From contig OX597820.1 in the NCBI GenBank assembly GCA_951406725.2, forward strand, positions 15,872,001-15,936,000: DNA of 64,000 bases, given 5' to 3'. Below the pieces are notes generated by a model. That model was not told the origin of the DNA, did no database searches, and worked only from the letters and a program-made list of their open reading frames with translations. The position numbers were made by a program, and so were the translations under genes. This stretch comes from Octopus vulgaris (lineage: Eukaryota). Positions 41,307 through 54,510 of this stretch are shown piece by piece; position 1 is the first letter of the stretch; every line of letters begins with the position of its first letter.

Positions 41307-41895
41307 ACACTGTGGGCGGTACTTGTTAGCACAATCTTTTGGATTTCTCTGAGACATAGTTCTCCTGGGATATTATCTAGATGTTTCTGACATCCATTTC
41401 TTATCATACCTAAGACACCCACAATAACAGGAACAGTTCTTGCTTTAAGATGCCACATCTTTTGTATTTCAATTTCAATTTCCAGGTCCTTAAATTTACT
41501 TAATTTGTCAAATTCCTTTACAGATATGTTTTTATCAGTAGGAACACATACATCTGTTAGTCTACAAGTATTTCCTTCTATGTCTTTAATGACTATGTCT
41601 GGTCGATTAATCTGGATCATTCTGTCGATGTTGTCAAATTCCTTTACAGTTATATTTTTATCAGTGGGAACATTCACATCTGTTAGTCTACAAGCATTTT
41701 CTTCTCACTCTTTAATGACTATGTCTGATTGATTAGCCTTGATCATTCTGTCGGTGTTGACTGGAAAATCCCAGAGGCTAGTGACATTTCTACCTTCAAC
41801 AACTGGCTCAGGATGATGTTCATACCAGTAAGCAGGAGTGCGAATTTTGTAGTGTTTACATATTTTCCAGTGTAAATACTGCCCTACCCTATCGT
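41307..41895 (-). pseudogene. R4/Dong-like non-LTR element, RLE endonuclease fragment with an internal duplication
   Basis: RVGQYLHWKICK...LWDFPVNTDR, NRPDIVIKD, KEFDKLSKFKDL, VPVIVGVLG; adjacent (TAA)n. Confidence 0.85.
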
Positions 41896-41902
41896 AAATA
41901 CA

Positions 41903-41958
<56 letters not shown>

Positions 41959-42104
41959 CGAACCCGAAAGGATGAAAAACAAAGTCGATCTCGACGGAAT
42001 TTGAACTCAGAACGTAGCGACGGGCAAAATACCGCTAAGCATTTCGTCCAGCATACAAACGATTCTGCCAGTTCACTGCCTTTTTAATAATAATAATAAT
42101 AATG

Positions 42105-42170
<66 letters not shown>

Positions 42171-42899
42171 GAAGTGCAATAAAACCAGTGAATGTGGTTA
42201 TTATTGGTATTATGACGCTCCCTTGTTACAGCAAAATCCTCATTGGGGTGTTTTACACAAATACCAGCGTATAACCGATATAATTTGTTCATGATAACAC
42301 TTCCAATCAGTTAAGATCAGAAGCCACGAGAGCCACTGCCTGGTACTGCATCAGGGCATAATAATAAAAGAAGTGAAATATAACCAGTGAGTGTGTTTAT
42401 TATTGGTATAATGACACTCCCTTGATACAACAAAATCCTCATTGGGTGTGTTTTACACGAATACCAGCGTATAACCGATACAATTTGGTCATGTCCCCAG
42501 TCTTTCTCCTGTTTCTGCGCCAATTCCTTAGAGTCCGATACTGAATGAGCTGCTACAGTCTTTTCTACATTACTGTATCATCAATATGTCTTCTGTTTAC
42601 TTCTGTTCTTAAGGCCCGTTCTTCGGTTACCATTTATAGCATCTTCTGTGGCTTTCTTCAAATCCTCCTTTAACCAGCATCAAGTTTAAATGTTTGAGAA
42701 TGCGGTGCTCTTGAAGTAAATTCTATGCATTTTTCGTTCAGTTTTTTTTTCCTTTTTGTTTTCATATCTTTATTTTCTTTTCCCCCGGCGTTTCTTCATT
42801 TTTTTTTTATTATACTCTCATTGTTTCTTTCTTGATTCTCTGACGCATGCTTGTACAGTGTTCCCCTCTTTCAACACAAACATCTACTTTCATGAAACA

Positions 42900-43280
42900 A
42901 AAACGAATTAAGAAAAACAACATGACAGTGGCATGTATTTCAACTATACAGGTATATCAAATACCACACAACATAAATTCTTGACGTATTAAAATTATCT
43001 TCACCTCTAGAGGATGGGTCATAATTACTAAATGGCAATTAAAACCAGCTTCACTTGACAAAGGGATATAATCGCATGAATCAGGAATTCTCCAAAATTG
43101 ATAAGCCATTAAAGAAAAGATGTTTATCGCTAGGAATAGGAGTTTAGTTGTGGACATGTGTTTACCTACGCCATAAACATGTTTTACTCGTTTTGTATAA
43201 GCCTAAGACTCTTGGCGATGGGAAAGACGGTAGAACAGCTGTCGTGCTGAAGACGCATATGTAGTCAGAAACACGTATCT
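42900..43280 (+). pseudogene. possible highly decayed PLE endonuclease 3' end plus hammerhead relic
   Basis: YTGIS, KEKMFI and RHK fragments, then CTGAAGA...GAAACACGTA at ~43247-43277. Confidence 0.35.
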
Positions 43281-43315
43281 ACATTTGTCCTCTTTTCTCC
43301 AGACAATAGCTCTGT

Positions 43316-43520
43316 CCAGTTCTATATTTAAGAGATGAGGAATTATGTATATTATTTACATTATATACATTTGACGGATATTTGTCCTCATCTTGTTTGT
43401 TGTTAACACAACGTTTCGGCTGATATACTCTCCAGCCTTCATCTGGTGTCTTGGGTAAATTTCGAACCTGGGTTCTCATTCCTAGGGTATTTTTCGATGT
43501 TATTATTATTATTATTATTA

Positions 43521-43561
<41 letters not shown>

Positions 43562-43632
43562 GTTCAGGTCACTGCCTGGAATCGAACTCGGAATCTTGGG
43601 GTTAGTAGCCCGTACTCTTAACCACTACTCCA
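43316..43632 (-). mobile_element. tRNA-headed hammerhead element (copy 2, inverted, head-to-head with copy 1)
   Basis: Reverse complement matches 43641-43880 with scattered substitutions and has a longer 3' tail. Confidence 0.8.
43405..43450 (-). ncRNA. minimal type-I hammerhead, core mutated (CAGATGA)
   Basis: GACAC-CAGATGA-a-GGCTG..CAGCC-GAAAC-GTT-GTGTT. Stem I intact, U4->A. Confidence 0.7.
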
Positions 43633-43633
43633 C

Positions 43634-43880
43634 GGGCATATGGCGTAGTGGTTAGGAGCGCGGGCTACTAACCCCAAGATTCTGAGTTCGATTCCAGGTA
43701 GTGACCTGAACAATAACAACAATAACAACAACAACAACAATAATAACATCGAAAAATACCTTAGGAATGAGAACCCAGGTTCGAAATTTCTCCAAGACGC
43801 CTGATGAGGGCTGGAGGGTATATCAGCCGAAACGTTATGTTAACAACAAACAAGATGAGGACAAATATCTGTCAAATGTA
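43634..43880 (+). mobile_element. tRNA-headed element with (AAC/AAT)n linker and hammerhead-ribozyme tail (copy 1)
   Basis: Box A TGGCGTAGTGG, anticodon-like arm GGG-CTACTAA-CCC, box B GTTCGATTC, microsatellite linker, then a hammerhead at 43796-43841. Confidence 0.8.
43796..43841 (+). ncRNA. minimal type-I hammerhead ribozyme
   Basis: GACGC-CTGATGA-g-GGCTG..CAGCC-GAAAC-GTT-ATGTT. Intact core, 5-bp stem II, loopless palindromic stem III (ACGT), one mismatch in stem I. Confidence 0.8.
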
Positions 43881-45054
43881 ACTACTTCTGTCCCGCTCAT
43901 TAATAGCATAACAACTTTGGGCGAAGGCGTATGGCCAAGTGGTTAGGGTGTTCGGCTCATAGTCGTAAGGTTGTTTGTTCGATACCTACCAGCGCGTTGT
44001 GTCCTAGAGCAAAGCGTTTTACTTCACGTTGCACCAGTCCACTCAGCTGGCACAAATAAGTTGTACCTGTATTTCAAAGGGGCCAGTTTCATCATATTCT
44101 GTGTCACATTGAATCGCCATGAGAACTCCGATGAGGTTACACGTGTCAGTGGAATACTCAGCCACTTGCATGTTAATTTCACGGGTAGGTTGTGCCATTG
44201 ATCGGATCAACTTGAAAACTCGTAATAATCGTCGTCGTAACCGATGGAGTACCACATTTTTATGGCAACTTTGAAGAATTCTTGATTCTTCAGATTATCT
44301 CCTTTTTACATGTGCAGCTGCTCTTAATTACAATCTACTAATTATGATTTATTCTCTAGAGGCATAGATAATTTTAATAAATCATGGCTTTGAGTTGTAT
44401 AGTATTTATGATACCTAGATTAGTCTCCCTCTATTAAAACCCTTCCTTTATCAATTTTTTGTTTGTTCCTTCTCGAGCCACGCCTGGCTCATAAGGGCCA
44501 GTTTCCCGGTTTCCTTGGCGTATAGGTTCCCCACCTGGACAGGACGCTGGTCCGTCGCATGTGAGCTGCAAGATGCAGGAGGAAAGCGTGAGAGAAAGTT
44601 GTGGCGAAAGAGTCAGCAGAAGTTTGCCATTACCTTCTGCCGGAGCCGCGTGGAGCTTAGGTGTTTCGCTCAAAAACAGACACATCGCCCGGTCTGAGAT
44701 TCGAACCTGCGATCTCTCGACCGCGAGTCCCGCTGCTCTAACCACTAGGCCATGTGCCTCCACCTTTATCAATTGCATTTTACAAACAGTCAATCACTTT
44801 GATCTCTTGTCTGAAGCATATTTTGCGTCGTCAGCTACTTTCACTTTTCCTACCAATACTCTGTGGTTCTAGGATAGCCTACGTGATGATACCCGCGTTG
44901 TTCGGATAACCATACTTAACATAGATACTAACAAATATAACATAGGCTGCATGACAAATCTGACGACAATTTGACCTATATTACTACTAAATTTTGCCAC
45001 TCACAATTAGTTTTCAGAATCTAATCAACAAAAATAATTTTTTTAATTTTTGAC

Positions 45055-45468
45055 AGGAATGGCAGTGTGGTAAGTAGCTTGCTTACCATCCACATGGTTC
45101 TGGGTTCAGTCTCACTGCGTGGCACCTTGGACAAGTGTCTTCTACTATAGCTTCGGGCCGACCGAAGCCTTGTGAGTGGATTTGGTAGACGGAAACTGAA
45201 GGAAGCCCGTCGTATATATGTGTGTGTGTGTGTGTATGTTTGTGTGTCTGTATTTGTCCCCCAACATCGCTTGACAACCGATGCTGGTGTGTTTACGTCC
45301 CCGTAACTTAGCGGTTCGGCAGAAGATACCGATAGAATAAGTACTAGGCTTACAAAGAATGAGTCCTGGAGTCGATTTGGTCGACTAAAGGCGGTGCTCC
45401 AGCATGGCCGCAGTCAAATGACTGAAACAAGTAAAAGAGTAAAAGAGAGTAAAAGAGTAAAAGAGAGT
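45055..45468 (+). mobile_element. SINE family B
   Basis: Full-length copy inside the PLE remnant. Confidence 0.85.
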
Positions 45469-45804
45469 ACTTTCGCATCACAACCGTGGTTTAACAAATA
45501 TCGGCTTTAAGGATAAAATTAAGCATAAGAGAACTTTTTACAATATTATCCGGTAAATATTATCATGTGTGCACGTACTCAATAAATGCAGAGACTAACG
45601 TGGTCAAAAACTTCCTGTGTTATAGATAAACGTTTTCCTACCAATCCCCGTTATATGAAAATTTTGCAAGTGATGCTGCTTGTGAATATTTAATCGCTGC
45701 GCTTCCCATAGGAAGAATATCATAATACACAAACCAACAGGATCAACGAAATGCGGATGTAACGACACTGAGCCCCACTCAGCCACTCTTGTAAGTCGAA
45801 CATA

Positions 45805-46370
45805 TTGGGTTGTCCGGAAAGTTCGTGCCGATTTTTAAAGGAAAGAAAAAAGGTCAATAAATACTTGCCATTACATTTTTAATCAACCAAATATGAACCA
45901 TTTTGTTGCACAATGCGTCTCCATCTTTCTTTTAACTTTAAAATACCCTCTTCCCAGAATTGAGGTGGTTTCATGGCAAAGAATTCATCAAGGTATCTTT
46001 TTACGTCATCCAAGGAATTGAAATTTTTACCATTAAGACTATTCTGCAGAGACCTGAATAAGTGGAAATCCGAAGGAGCAATATCTGGTGAATATGGAGG
46101 GTGGAGTAACACATCCCAGCCGAGCTGCAGCAATTTTTGTCTGGTTCCCAAAGCATCAAGTGCCGAAAAGGAACTTTCTTATCTTCCAATTTAAAGGGTT
46201 ACAGAATTAACACAGGTTATAGGAACATAAACTTTCTTCCACGAAAAGATAGCTTAAGCTGTGCTCTAAATGGAGGTGTAGTGAAATCCTATTTTATGGA
46301 CTCAACCTTGTTCTAAAATAAGTCGAAAGGTAAGCTACTATAAATCGGCACGAACTTTCCGGAGAAACAA
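45805..46370 (-). mobile_element. internally deleted mariner
   Basis: TIRs TTGGGTTGTCCGGAAAGTTCGTGCCGATTT with TA TSDs; ORF fragment WDVLLHPPYSPDIAPSDFHLFRSLQN. Confidence 0.9.
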
Positions 46371-46494
46371 TACTTCCACCGACTCAGACGTAACAGGCGA
46401 TAAAAGTTACATAGGTATGACAGAGAGTAAGTTCAAGCAATGATATACTAGAAACACTGCTTCCTTCGAACGTGTTGATAAACAACAATATAAA

Positions 46495-46546
<52 letters not shown>

Positions 46547-46814
46547 TCTAATCACAGCTGCCGTCTAAGGGGGAGAGGAAAAGAACAATGTCGTTATCAA
46601 ATTAAATGATAAATGCGACGTATGAGGAGGGAATATATAAACGGCTGAGGGTGATGCTATTTATAAACAGCGAAGAAAAACATTGTACAGAATATCACTA
46701 AAGGCTCACGAAAGTGTTTACGAAGCAAAACAGGATCACTTTTACGGATGATATCACCAGTTTGATCATTTACGCACGCACAAACAAACAATATATATAG
46801 TTTTTTTTAGTAAA

Positions 46815-47204
46815 TCTCTCAATATATAAAGCTGAAGTTGTCTGTGTGTGGCATGTTTGGTAGCCTTCAACTAACGCTATCTCCTCCGAGACCCTGCGGT
46901 GCAAGTTGACCAAAATTGAGAATATGATAGAAGAAGGCTTGCTCTTCCTTCCGTAGAAGAAAAAATTCAAATCGGACCATGTTAACACCAAAAATTATTT
47001 ACATCAAAAAGGTGCTTTTTTGCTATGAAAATCCCTTTTTTTTACGACTTTTGACTGCTGTGTCGCCATTTTTGGGTGTATTTCAACCAGAAAAATGTTC
47101 ACTTAAAGAGAATAATAAGCTACATAATGCAAAATTTTACTTTTCAAAAATTCCAATTCTAAAGGGTCGAAACAAACCCGAGCAACGCCGGGCGATACTG
47201 CTAG
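46815..47204 (+). mobile_element. non-autonomous Helitron, family 1
   Basis: Full-length homologue of 17249-17643 with the same TC...hairpin...CTAG termini. Confidence 0.85.
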
Positions 47205-47814
47205 TAATAAATAATATATAATGTGTTGTGACCCCTTCGGTCATGGCTGACCATGGGATTGCACCTAGAAAGTTATCCTCCGAGGCACAAGTCCGGGCAA
47301 GTTTGTATATGGAAGACCAGCAGTCGCCCATGCATACGAGACTCCCCTCTCTACACCACCGATGTTATCCAAAGGAAAGGTACCTGTAACGTCGCAGCTC
47401 ATTTATTAACGGGCAAGTGGCTGAGTACTCCACAGACACATGTACCCTTAACGTAGTTCTCAGGGAGATTCGGCGTGACACAGAGTGTAAGAAAGCTGGC
47501 CCTTTGAAATACAAGTACAACAGAAACAGGAAGAAAGAGTGAGAGAAAGAGTGGTGAAAGAGTACAGCAGGGTTCACCACCACCCCCTGCTGGAGCTTTG
47601 TGGAGCTTTAGGTGTTTTTGCTCAATAAACACTTACAATGCCCGGTCTGGGAATCGAAACCGCGATCCTACGACCGCGAGTCCGCTGCCCTAGCCACTGG
47701 GCCATTGCGCCTTCTCAATAATAAATAATAGCGTGTGAATATTTGGTTAAAACTCCCTTGGATGGAAAAAGTCGAAGGCTGCCCGTGGGACGCGAACCCA
47801 CGTCTTCTGTAAAC

Positions 47815-49581
47815 AAATATGCGTCCATATTTATTATTGAAATATTACTTCCAGTATCCAATTGAAGTTTCGTATGTATTCCATTTATTTTCACGTGTGT
47901 GAATTTTCTTATTCGGGAGTCGCTCTTTGTTTCTGTTGAGAACACTGAAGGATTTTTAATGTTTGACCTTCGTAATTTTGTTCTACACTGTGAACTCTTG
48001 TAACCAATTCTTTTCCAACTGTAACATTTTTGATTTTTAAATGGACACTCTTTTCTGAAATGTATGCCACAACATCCATAACATGGATTAGGATGTGGCA
48101 CTCTTTTTTGGGGGCGGTTTCATTTTTCCGGTTGAAATATCCGTATTTTTGAGGAATCCTTTTCTTGAATTTTTTCTATATCGTGTTTCAGGTTTACCAT
48201 CTTTTGGAATTCTCCTGCCACGGAATATAAGGTTAGATCTTGGTTTACTTGTTCTAATTTAGAAAGAATTCTTGCCCGAATTTCTGTATCTTCGCTTGCT
48301 GTAAAGCCTTGTATAAAAATAAGACACTTGAACATATCAGGTGTAAATTCTCTGAGTTTAAAACTTTCATACATCCTGTCGGCTGTTTCTGCGTATGTGA
48401 TAAAATCATCATTCTCTTTTTTCGTTATATTCCAACACTCCATTCGAGTGTTAAATAGAAACGTTTATTCATCGAACATGTTAGACAGTAATTCTATTGT
48501 TTCTTTAAAACAAATTTCAGTAGGGTTTTTTTGGGGGAAGGGGGGGCAATATGAAATTGCAGTGACAGTCATGTTCTAACGGAGCTGATTTTCGCAATAA
48601 CAAAATCACTTTTTGTTTGTCCGACCATGATTTGGAAACTTGCTTAAAAATCTTCTCGTACCATCTGTAGTACGATACAGGAGGCGCAATGGCCCAGTGG
48701 TTAGGGCAGCGGACTCGCGGTCGTAGGATCGCAGTTTCGATTCCCAGACCGGGCGTTGTGAGTGTTTATTGAGCGAAAACACCTAAAGCTCCACGAGGCT
48801 CCGGCAGGGATGGTGGTGATCCCTGCTGTATTCTTTCACCACTCTTTCTCTCACTCTTACTTACTGTTTCTGTTGTACCTGTATTTAAAAAGGCCGGCCT
48901 TGTCACTCTCTGTGTCACGCTGAGTATCCCCGAGAACTACGTTAAGGGTACACGTGTCTGTGGAGTGCTCAGCCACTTGCACGTTAATTTCTCGAGCAGG
49001 CTGTTCCGTTGATTCGGATCAACCGGAACCCTCATCGTCGTAACCGACGGAGTGCTTCCATCCAGTATGATACAAAAGTTATACCCTCTGGATTACAACT
49101 GAATTCATTAATCAAGTTCGAAACGCCGTCTTGCGAAAACGAACTTACCTCATTTTTGGACTTCTTTGTTATAGCTCCAATATTTGTTGTTGTAGTTGTT
49201 GCTGTTGTTGCTGTTGTTGTTATTAAGCAACAAGACGGGTAAGGGTGATTAGGTGATGGTCTAGGGCTAAGGGGCGGGAGACCCCAGACCTTGGAAAAAA
49301 AACACTTTGGTCGTCTTGTTGTAGTCGAGGGCTCTTCGTTGACGCCCGACACAACTGGGAGGTGGCCCTCGAAGTCGCTGGAAATGGAGATATCCAGGTG
49401 CAAATTCTTGAACGGCTGCTGGTGGTGCTGTAATAGTTGCTTCTGCAACTCCTGTTGCTGCTCTTGTTGTTACTTTTGCAACTGTACTATGGAAGATAAT
49501 AGGTCTTCCATTATTTAACAAGTTGTATCACGAAGAAATTGTTAAACAACCTACGTGGGTTTCGAAAACCTCGTCACCAGA
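47815..49581 (-). mobile_element. Gypsy-type LTR retrotransposon remnant (gag and protease)
   Basis: PBS TGGTGACGAGG after ...CA; gag FKCLIFIQG...EIRARILSKLE; zinc knuckles; protease LQLDTGS. SINE inserted with TSD AGTAYGATACA. Confidence 0.85.
48680..49060 (+). mobile_element. SINE family C (tRNA-Arg-like head)
   Basis: TGGCCCAGTGG box A, CTCGCGG loop, GTTTCGATTCCC box B, 11-bp TSD. Other copies at ~160-450(-), 8806-9140, 11307-11602(-), 25750-26005(-), 31185-31500, 35945-36253(-), 43925-44255, 44455-44763(-), 47225-47715(-) and 59265-59412(-). Confidence 0.85.
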
Positions 49582-49850
49582 TGTTGTAACGTAATTGTTA
49601 CGTACAATAAATAAGATAACCAGACAACAGTAAAACCAATGTCACAAACTAACAAATCTCTTTATGAACCAACAATCAATATTCCTTGTGAACTGACCAA
49701 CCGACACCTTCCGACTTCACTGCGAACTGACACGAACTTCACTCGTATCCGAACTCTGAACTTACTCGGATCGTTACTATTTATGCTTTACCCGGACCAG
49801 TCTATCTCTCGTAAAGGGGCATCGAAACTCTCATCATAACCATAGGTATG
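49582..49850 (-). repeat. probable 5' LTR of the Gypsy remnant
   Basis: Ends ...TTACAACA just upstream of the PBS; distal boundary uncertain. Confidence 0.5.
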
Positions 49851-50038
49851 TATGATTTGGTGGAACTTAAAGTTTCAAAGGATCGTTACAGGAACCTAGC
49901 TCGTCGGGCTCAGGCTAGGTTCTTGTAACGAACCTATGAAATTTTAAGTTGCATGATTCCAAATCAAACTGTTTTAGATAATAATATAACTCTTACTAAA
50001 TGTACTGAGTGCCTCTTTCTTTCGTTTGTCCACTCATC

Positions 50039-50082
<44 letters not shown>

Positions 50083-50334
50083 TGTGTAATTAAATAATTT
50101 GGAGAACTACGTTGCGTGGAAACAATTGTAGCGATTACAAATAAATGTCCAACGGTACTCCTCCGCCTCGTCTCCACCTTATTCAATCATCCATTCACAC
50201 ACTACAGAAGCCCCAACGCAAATCTGACAGTACGCATAATACTACTGTTGGATAGCACCGGGTGAAAACTGAAGGTAGACGAGATTTAGACTTTACTACG
50301 TATATAACAGAATATAACCTAACTATACACATAC

Positions 50335-50365
<31 letters not shown>

Positions 50366-50606
50366 ATCAAAATAAGCAACAAGGTTAACCAAGGTAGTGT
50401 AGTACAATCGTTTCATGTTACTTCATTTTATTAAACAATGTTGCTTATTTTGATTATAATATTTTAATTATAATAAGTGTTGCTTATTTTGATTATAATC
50501 ACCCCATTTGATTTATATGGATAATACCATACCAAATTCTGGTGCCTTTAACTTAAGTACCATATTCATCTGAATCTAAATTTTGCTGAACTTATATATA
50601 TATATA

Positions 50607-52010
50607 AACTTAGATAACTTAGATATGTTTCGACCAATGATTGGTCCAGGCCATGTCTAACTTAATAGCACCACCTGATAGGATTATTTGAATCCTGTTT
50701 AAGTCAAGTTTTGCTTATGGTCCATTCAAGTAGTGAGTTTTTGTTGGGTGAGTTGTATCCAATTATGGGTGGCTTATCTGGTATTCCTTGAAGGACTCTA
50801 TCCAGACTCCGTTTAAAGTTGATGGGATCCTGTTCCTCTTTGATCTCTTTCGGGACAATGTTAAATAGGGCAGGGCCTGTTGAGGAAAAGAAATTGTGTT
50901 GTAGTGTATAAGTATGCTGTGATCTTGAATTGGGCAGGGGACGTATGGCCCGTGGTCCCAGTCTTGGATGAACCTTGAAGCTTGTGTTCAGGTCGTTTGG
51001 GCAAAGTTGGCGGTATATTCTCCACATCGTACAAATGATGTACCGCTCACGGCGACGCTGGAGAGAGTAGAGTTTCAAGGCTTTAAGGCGATCCCAATAA
51101 TCGAGAGCAGCCATGCCTTCAATTCGTTTAGTGAGTGCTCTCTGGGGTCATTCAATCCTCGAGATGTTTTGTCTTGTATGGGGAGACCACAGTGGGCAGC
51201 AGTATTCGAGGTGTGGCCGTACAAAGGAGGAGAAGAGTGGTATGATGACACCTTGTTCTCTGGACCGGAAAGTTCTTAAGATCCAGGAACTCATCCTACG
51301 AGCTATATCGATCTTCTTGTTGATGTGTGCACTCCAACTGAGATCGTCATCAACAATTACACCTAGGTCTTTGATGTTGTTAGAGGCTGTGAGCGGTTCC
51401 CCTGAAGGAAGAGAGTATGGCTGTTTTAGTGAGGAGTTTCTTACAAAATGCATCAGCTCAAATTTCCCTCGTTCAGTTGCATTTTGTTTCTGTCTGCCCA
51501 TTAACTCACAGCATATAGATCAGACTGGAGTTGAGTTCGGTCTGCTTCTTCATTGACGATTTGCTGGAGCTTGGTGTCATCAGCAAATATTTTCACTTTG
51601 CAGTAATGTACGACACTGGAAAGGTCGTTTATGTAGATTATGAAGAGTAGCGGACCCAAGACAGTCCCCTGGGGGACACCGCTGGTGACTTTTGCTGGGC
51701 TTGAGTGGACTCCATCAACTACAACATGTTGTGTTCTATTCGCCAGGAAATATTTGATCCAGTGTAGAACTTTTCCACGGATTCCAACATTTGCCAATTT
51801 TGAGAGTAGGATATTATGGTCTACCCTGTCGAACGCTTTACTGAAGTCAAGATATATGACATCAGAGTTCGAACTTGTTCCCAAGGCTTTGAGTACATCT
51901 TCAATGTGGTGTAAGAGCTGTGTTAGACAGTCCCTGCCACAGCGAAAGCCATGCTGATTTTCATCTAGGAGTATCTGGGTCTCCAGGAAGTCAGCCATCC
52001 TTGATCTTAA
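50607..52010 (-). pseudogene. CR1-group LINE, 5'-truncated RT and 3' end
   Basis: YLDFSKAFDRVDH, GVPQGTVLGPLLF, FADDTKL, VRPHLEYC, LYSLQRRRERY; tail of (TATCTAAGT) repeats. Confidence 0.9.
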
Positions 52011-52012
52011 CA

Positions 52013-52136
<124 letters not shown>

Positions 52137-52457
52137 ATTAATCAATATAGGGTGGCAAAAAATTTCGCAGAATTTTTTGCCACCAGCGGCCTAGTGGGAA
52201 AAAATTAAATAGTCATAGACCATTTATAAATTCAACAGCAAAATCAAGGAAATCCTTGATTTTGCTGTTATATATGTATATATATATATATATAACTCCA
52301 AGAAAGTTAGAGGTTGTGAATCCAACCCACTAAGGGATAATATCTATCCAATATACTGCTGGTAGAATACCCAATTATTAATACACAAGTGATTTTTTAT
52401 TGCATTGCAATTACATTATCGAGTGTACTAAATGGGTGAAGGTAAAGAGATACTTTA

Positions 52458-52530
<73 letters not shown>

Positions 52531-52531
<1 letters not shown>

Positions 52532-52855
52532 CAATAAGAAAATGGAGGGGATCAATAGGTGGTTCATCAACTTTTAGACATTTTATTATGTCAACTTATT
52601 TATTTATTTACTAAACTGATAATTACAATAATATACATACATATAACATATTATGCTTTACATATAAGATATAAAATATAGTAATATATAAGAATACCAG
52701 TAATTATTATAAAATAACAAACATGAAATATTCATGTATATATAAGTATGTATATTATTGTAATTATCAGTTTAGTAAATAAATAAATAAGTTAACATAA
52801 TATAATGTCTAAAAGTTGATGAACCACCTATTGATCCCCTCCATTTTCTTATTGC
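52531..52855. repeat. inverted repeat with ~115-bp arms inside (TA)n
   Basis: GCAATAAGAAAATGGAGGGG... pairs with ...CCCCTCCATTTTCTTATTGC. Confidence 0.85.
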
Positions 52856-53119
52856 GATATATATATATTTATATATATATATAAATATATACGTTTTATT
52901 TATCATTTTGCACATTACTTAATCATCGTTATATTTTTTATCTTATATTTAATCTTTCTATTATATGTAATTTTCCTGATGGTGTAATTTATTTTTTCAT
53001 TATGAATTGATAAAAGGGTTTTTTTTTCTAATTTAAATATATATATTATATTTTGTGAAATTTGATTTAGTATTTCTAAATTGAATTTTTCCCTGTAAGT
53101 TTGGAATAATATTCCCTCA

Positions 53120-53160
<41 letters not shown>

Positions 53161-54416
53161 CCAAGAAAAAAGCAACAAGAATGGATTAGTAGTTTAGTAC
53201 AATTGTACTAAATTACTAATCCATTCTTGTTGCTTTTTTCCTGTTTATAATCACCCCACATTATTTTAAGGTTATCACCATAAATGAATTCTGGTGCATC
53301 TAAGTTAAGTACCGCATTCATGTGAATTCATTGGAATTCACTTGGATCTTAATTGTTTTTGCTGAATATATATATATAGAGAGTTCGGTTAATTTCTATT
53401 TTTATTGGCGGTATGCCTCTCAGTTTCATAAAATTTATATTATGTATGTATGTTTGTATGTTTGTATTGTATGTGTGTACATGTATCCGTGTATAAACAA
53501 GCGTATACCGTCTTCCTGACCAAGTACATCCATACTTCCACATAGAGAGCTTTTATTAGATAGTGCCGAAGGACTTAGGAAGAACGAACAATATGTAACT
53601 TCTATTTCTTTTCTATTTTTAGCCCTATGCACTTGACACGAAACTATAATCGGCTGCTTTGAAACTCCGTTCCAAAGGCTACTCACTTATCTTACGTAAT
53701 ATGTAGCTTTATTTTAATATTACCATAAAAGACCAGTCCGTATAATATTTCAGAAGTTTTAGATCCGGACTTGTTCTTTCCATATCCTGCGTCATTTCAT
53801 TTCCTATTTCACACACATATTTTTTCCTTTTTTCTCAATAATAATACAATGATTCACCACTTACCTCGCCTCTTATCTAGTCTCTCTGTATTGGCTCTTA
53901 AGAGAGTATATTTTCACAAACCAACGATATGCTGTCTCGACAAACTTGAAATAACATCCAAACCTCATAAATCACCTTCTATGGTCTGAAAAAAAAAAAC
54001 ACAACGATCATCAGGAAAGACATAAATTGTGTCTGGAAAAATGGGATGATCACGCTTGGAATGTCTTCAATCGAAGGTGTGTGCTCTCATCAAATGGAGT
54101 TTTTATTCTTTGTTTTTGCATTTTTGTTGGGGGGTGGTGGTGTAGGTGTGGGTATGAGTGTACAGTTAAGAAACTTGTTTTGCGACTAAATGGTTCCGGA
54201 TTCGAAGATATTTTTATACGTATAAACAAACAAGCGTGCACGTTCTGCGTGCGACGAGTGAAAATTCTGTAAATCTATAAAATAATATAAATATAAGCTT
54301 AAGCTTCTAAGTGTTCGCCGTATATTGACTGTCAGAAAATAGTCTAATATTAGGACATATAAACAACCCTCGACGGAAACCATTTAGCTTATACTTATAT
54401 CTACAGAATATATATA

Positions 54417-54510
<94 letters not shown>

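Larger units (their letters stand above)
44880..46700 (+). pseudogene. decayed Penelope-like element interrupted by a SINE and a mariner
   Basis: Fragments DKSDDNLTYI, YSINAETNVVKNFL, IDKRFP and, after the mariner, KSYIGMTESKFKQ (GIY-YIG). Confidence 0.65.

Noticed and set aside
43634-43706. Functional tRNA-Ser(ACT) gene
   Set aside because: No long variable arm, poor acceptor stem, atypical anticodon and no oligo-T terminator; it is a SINE-type head.
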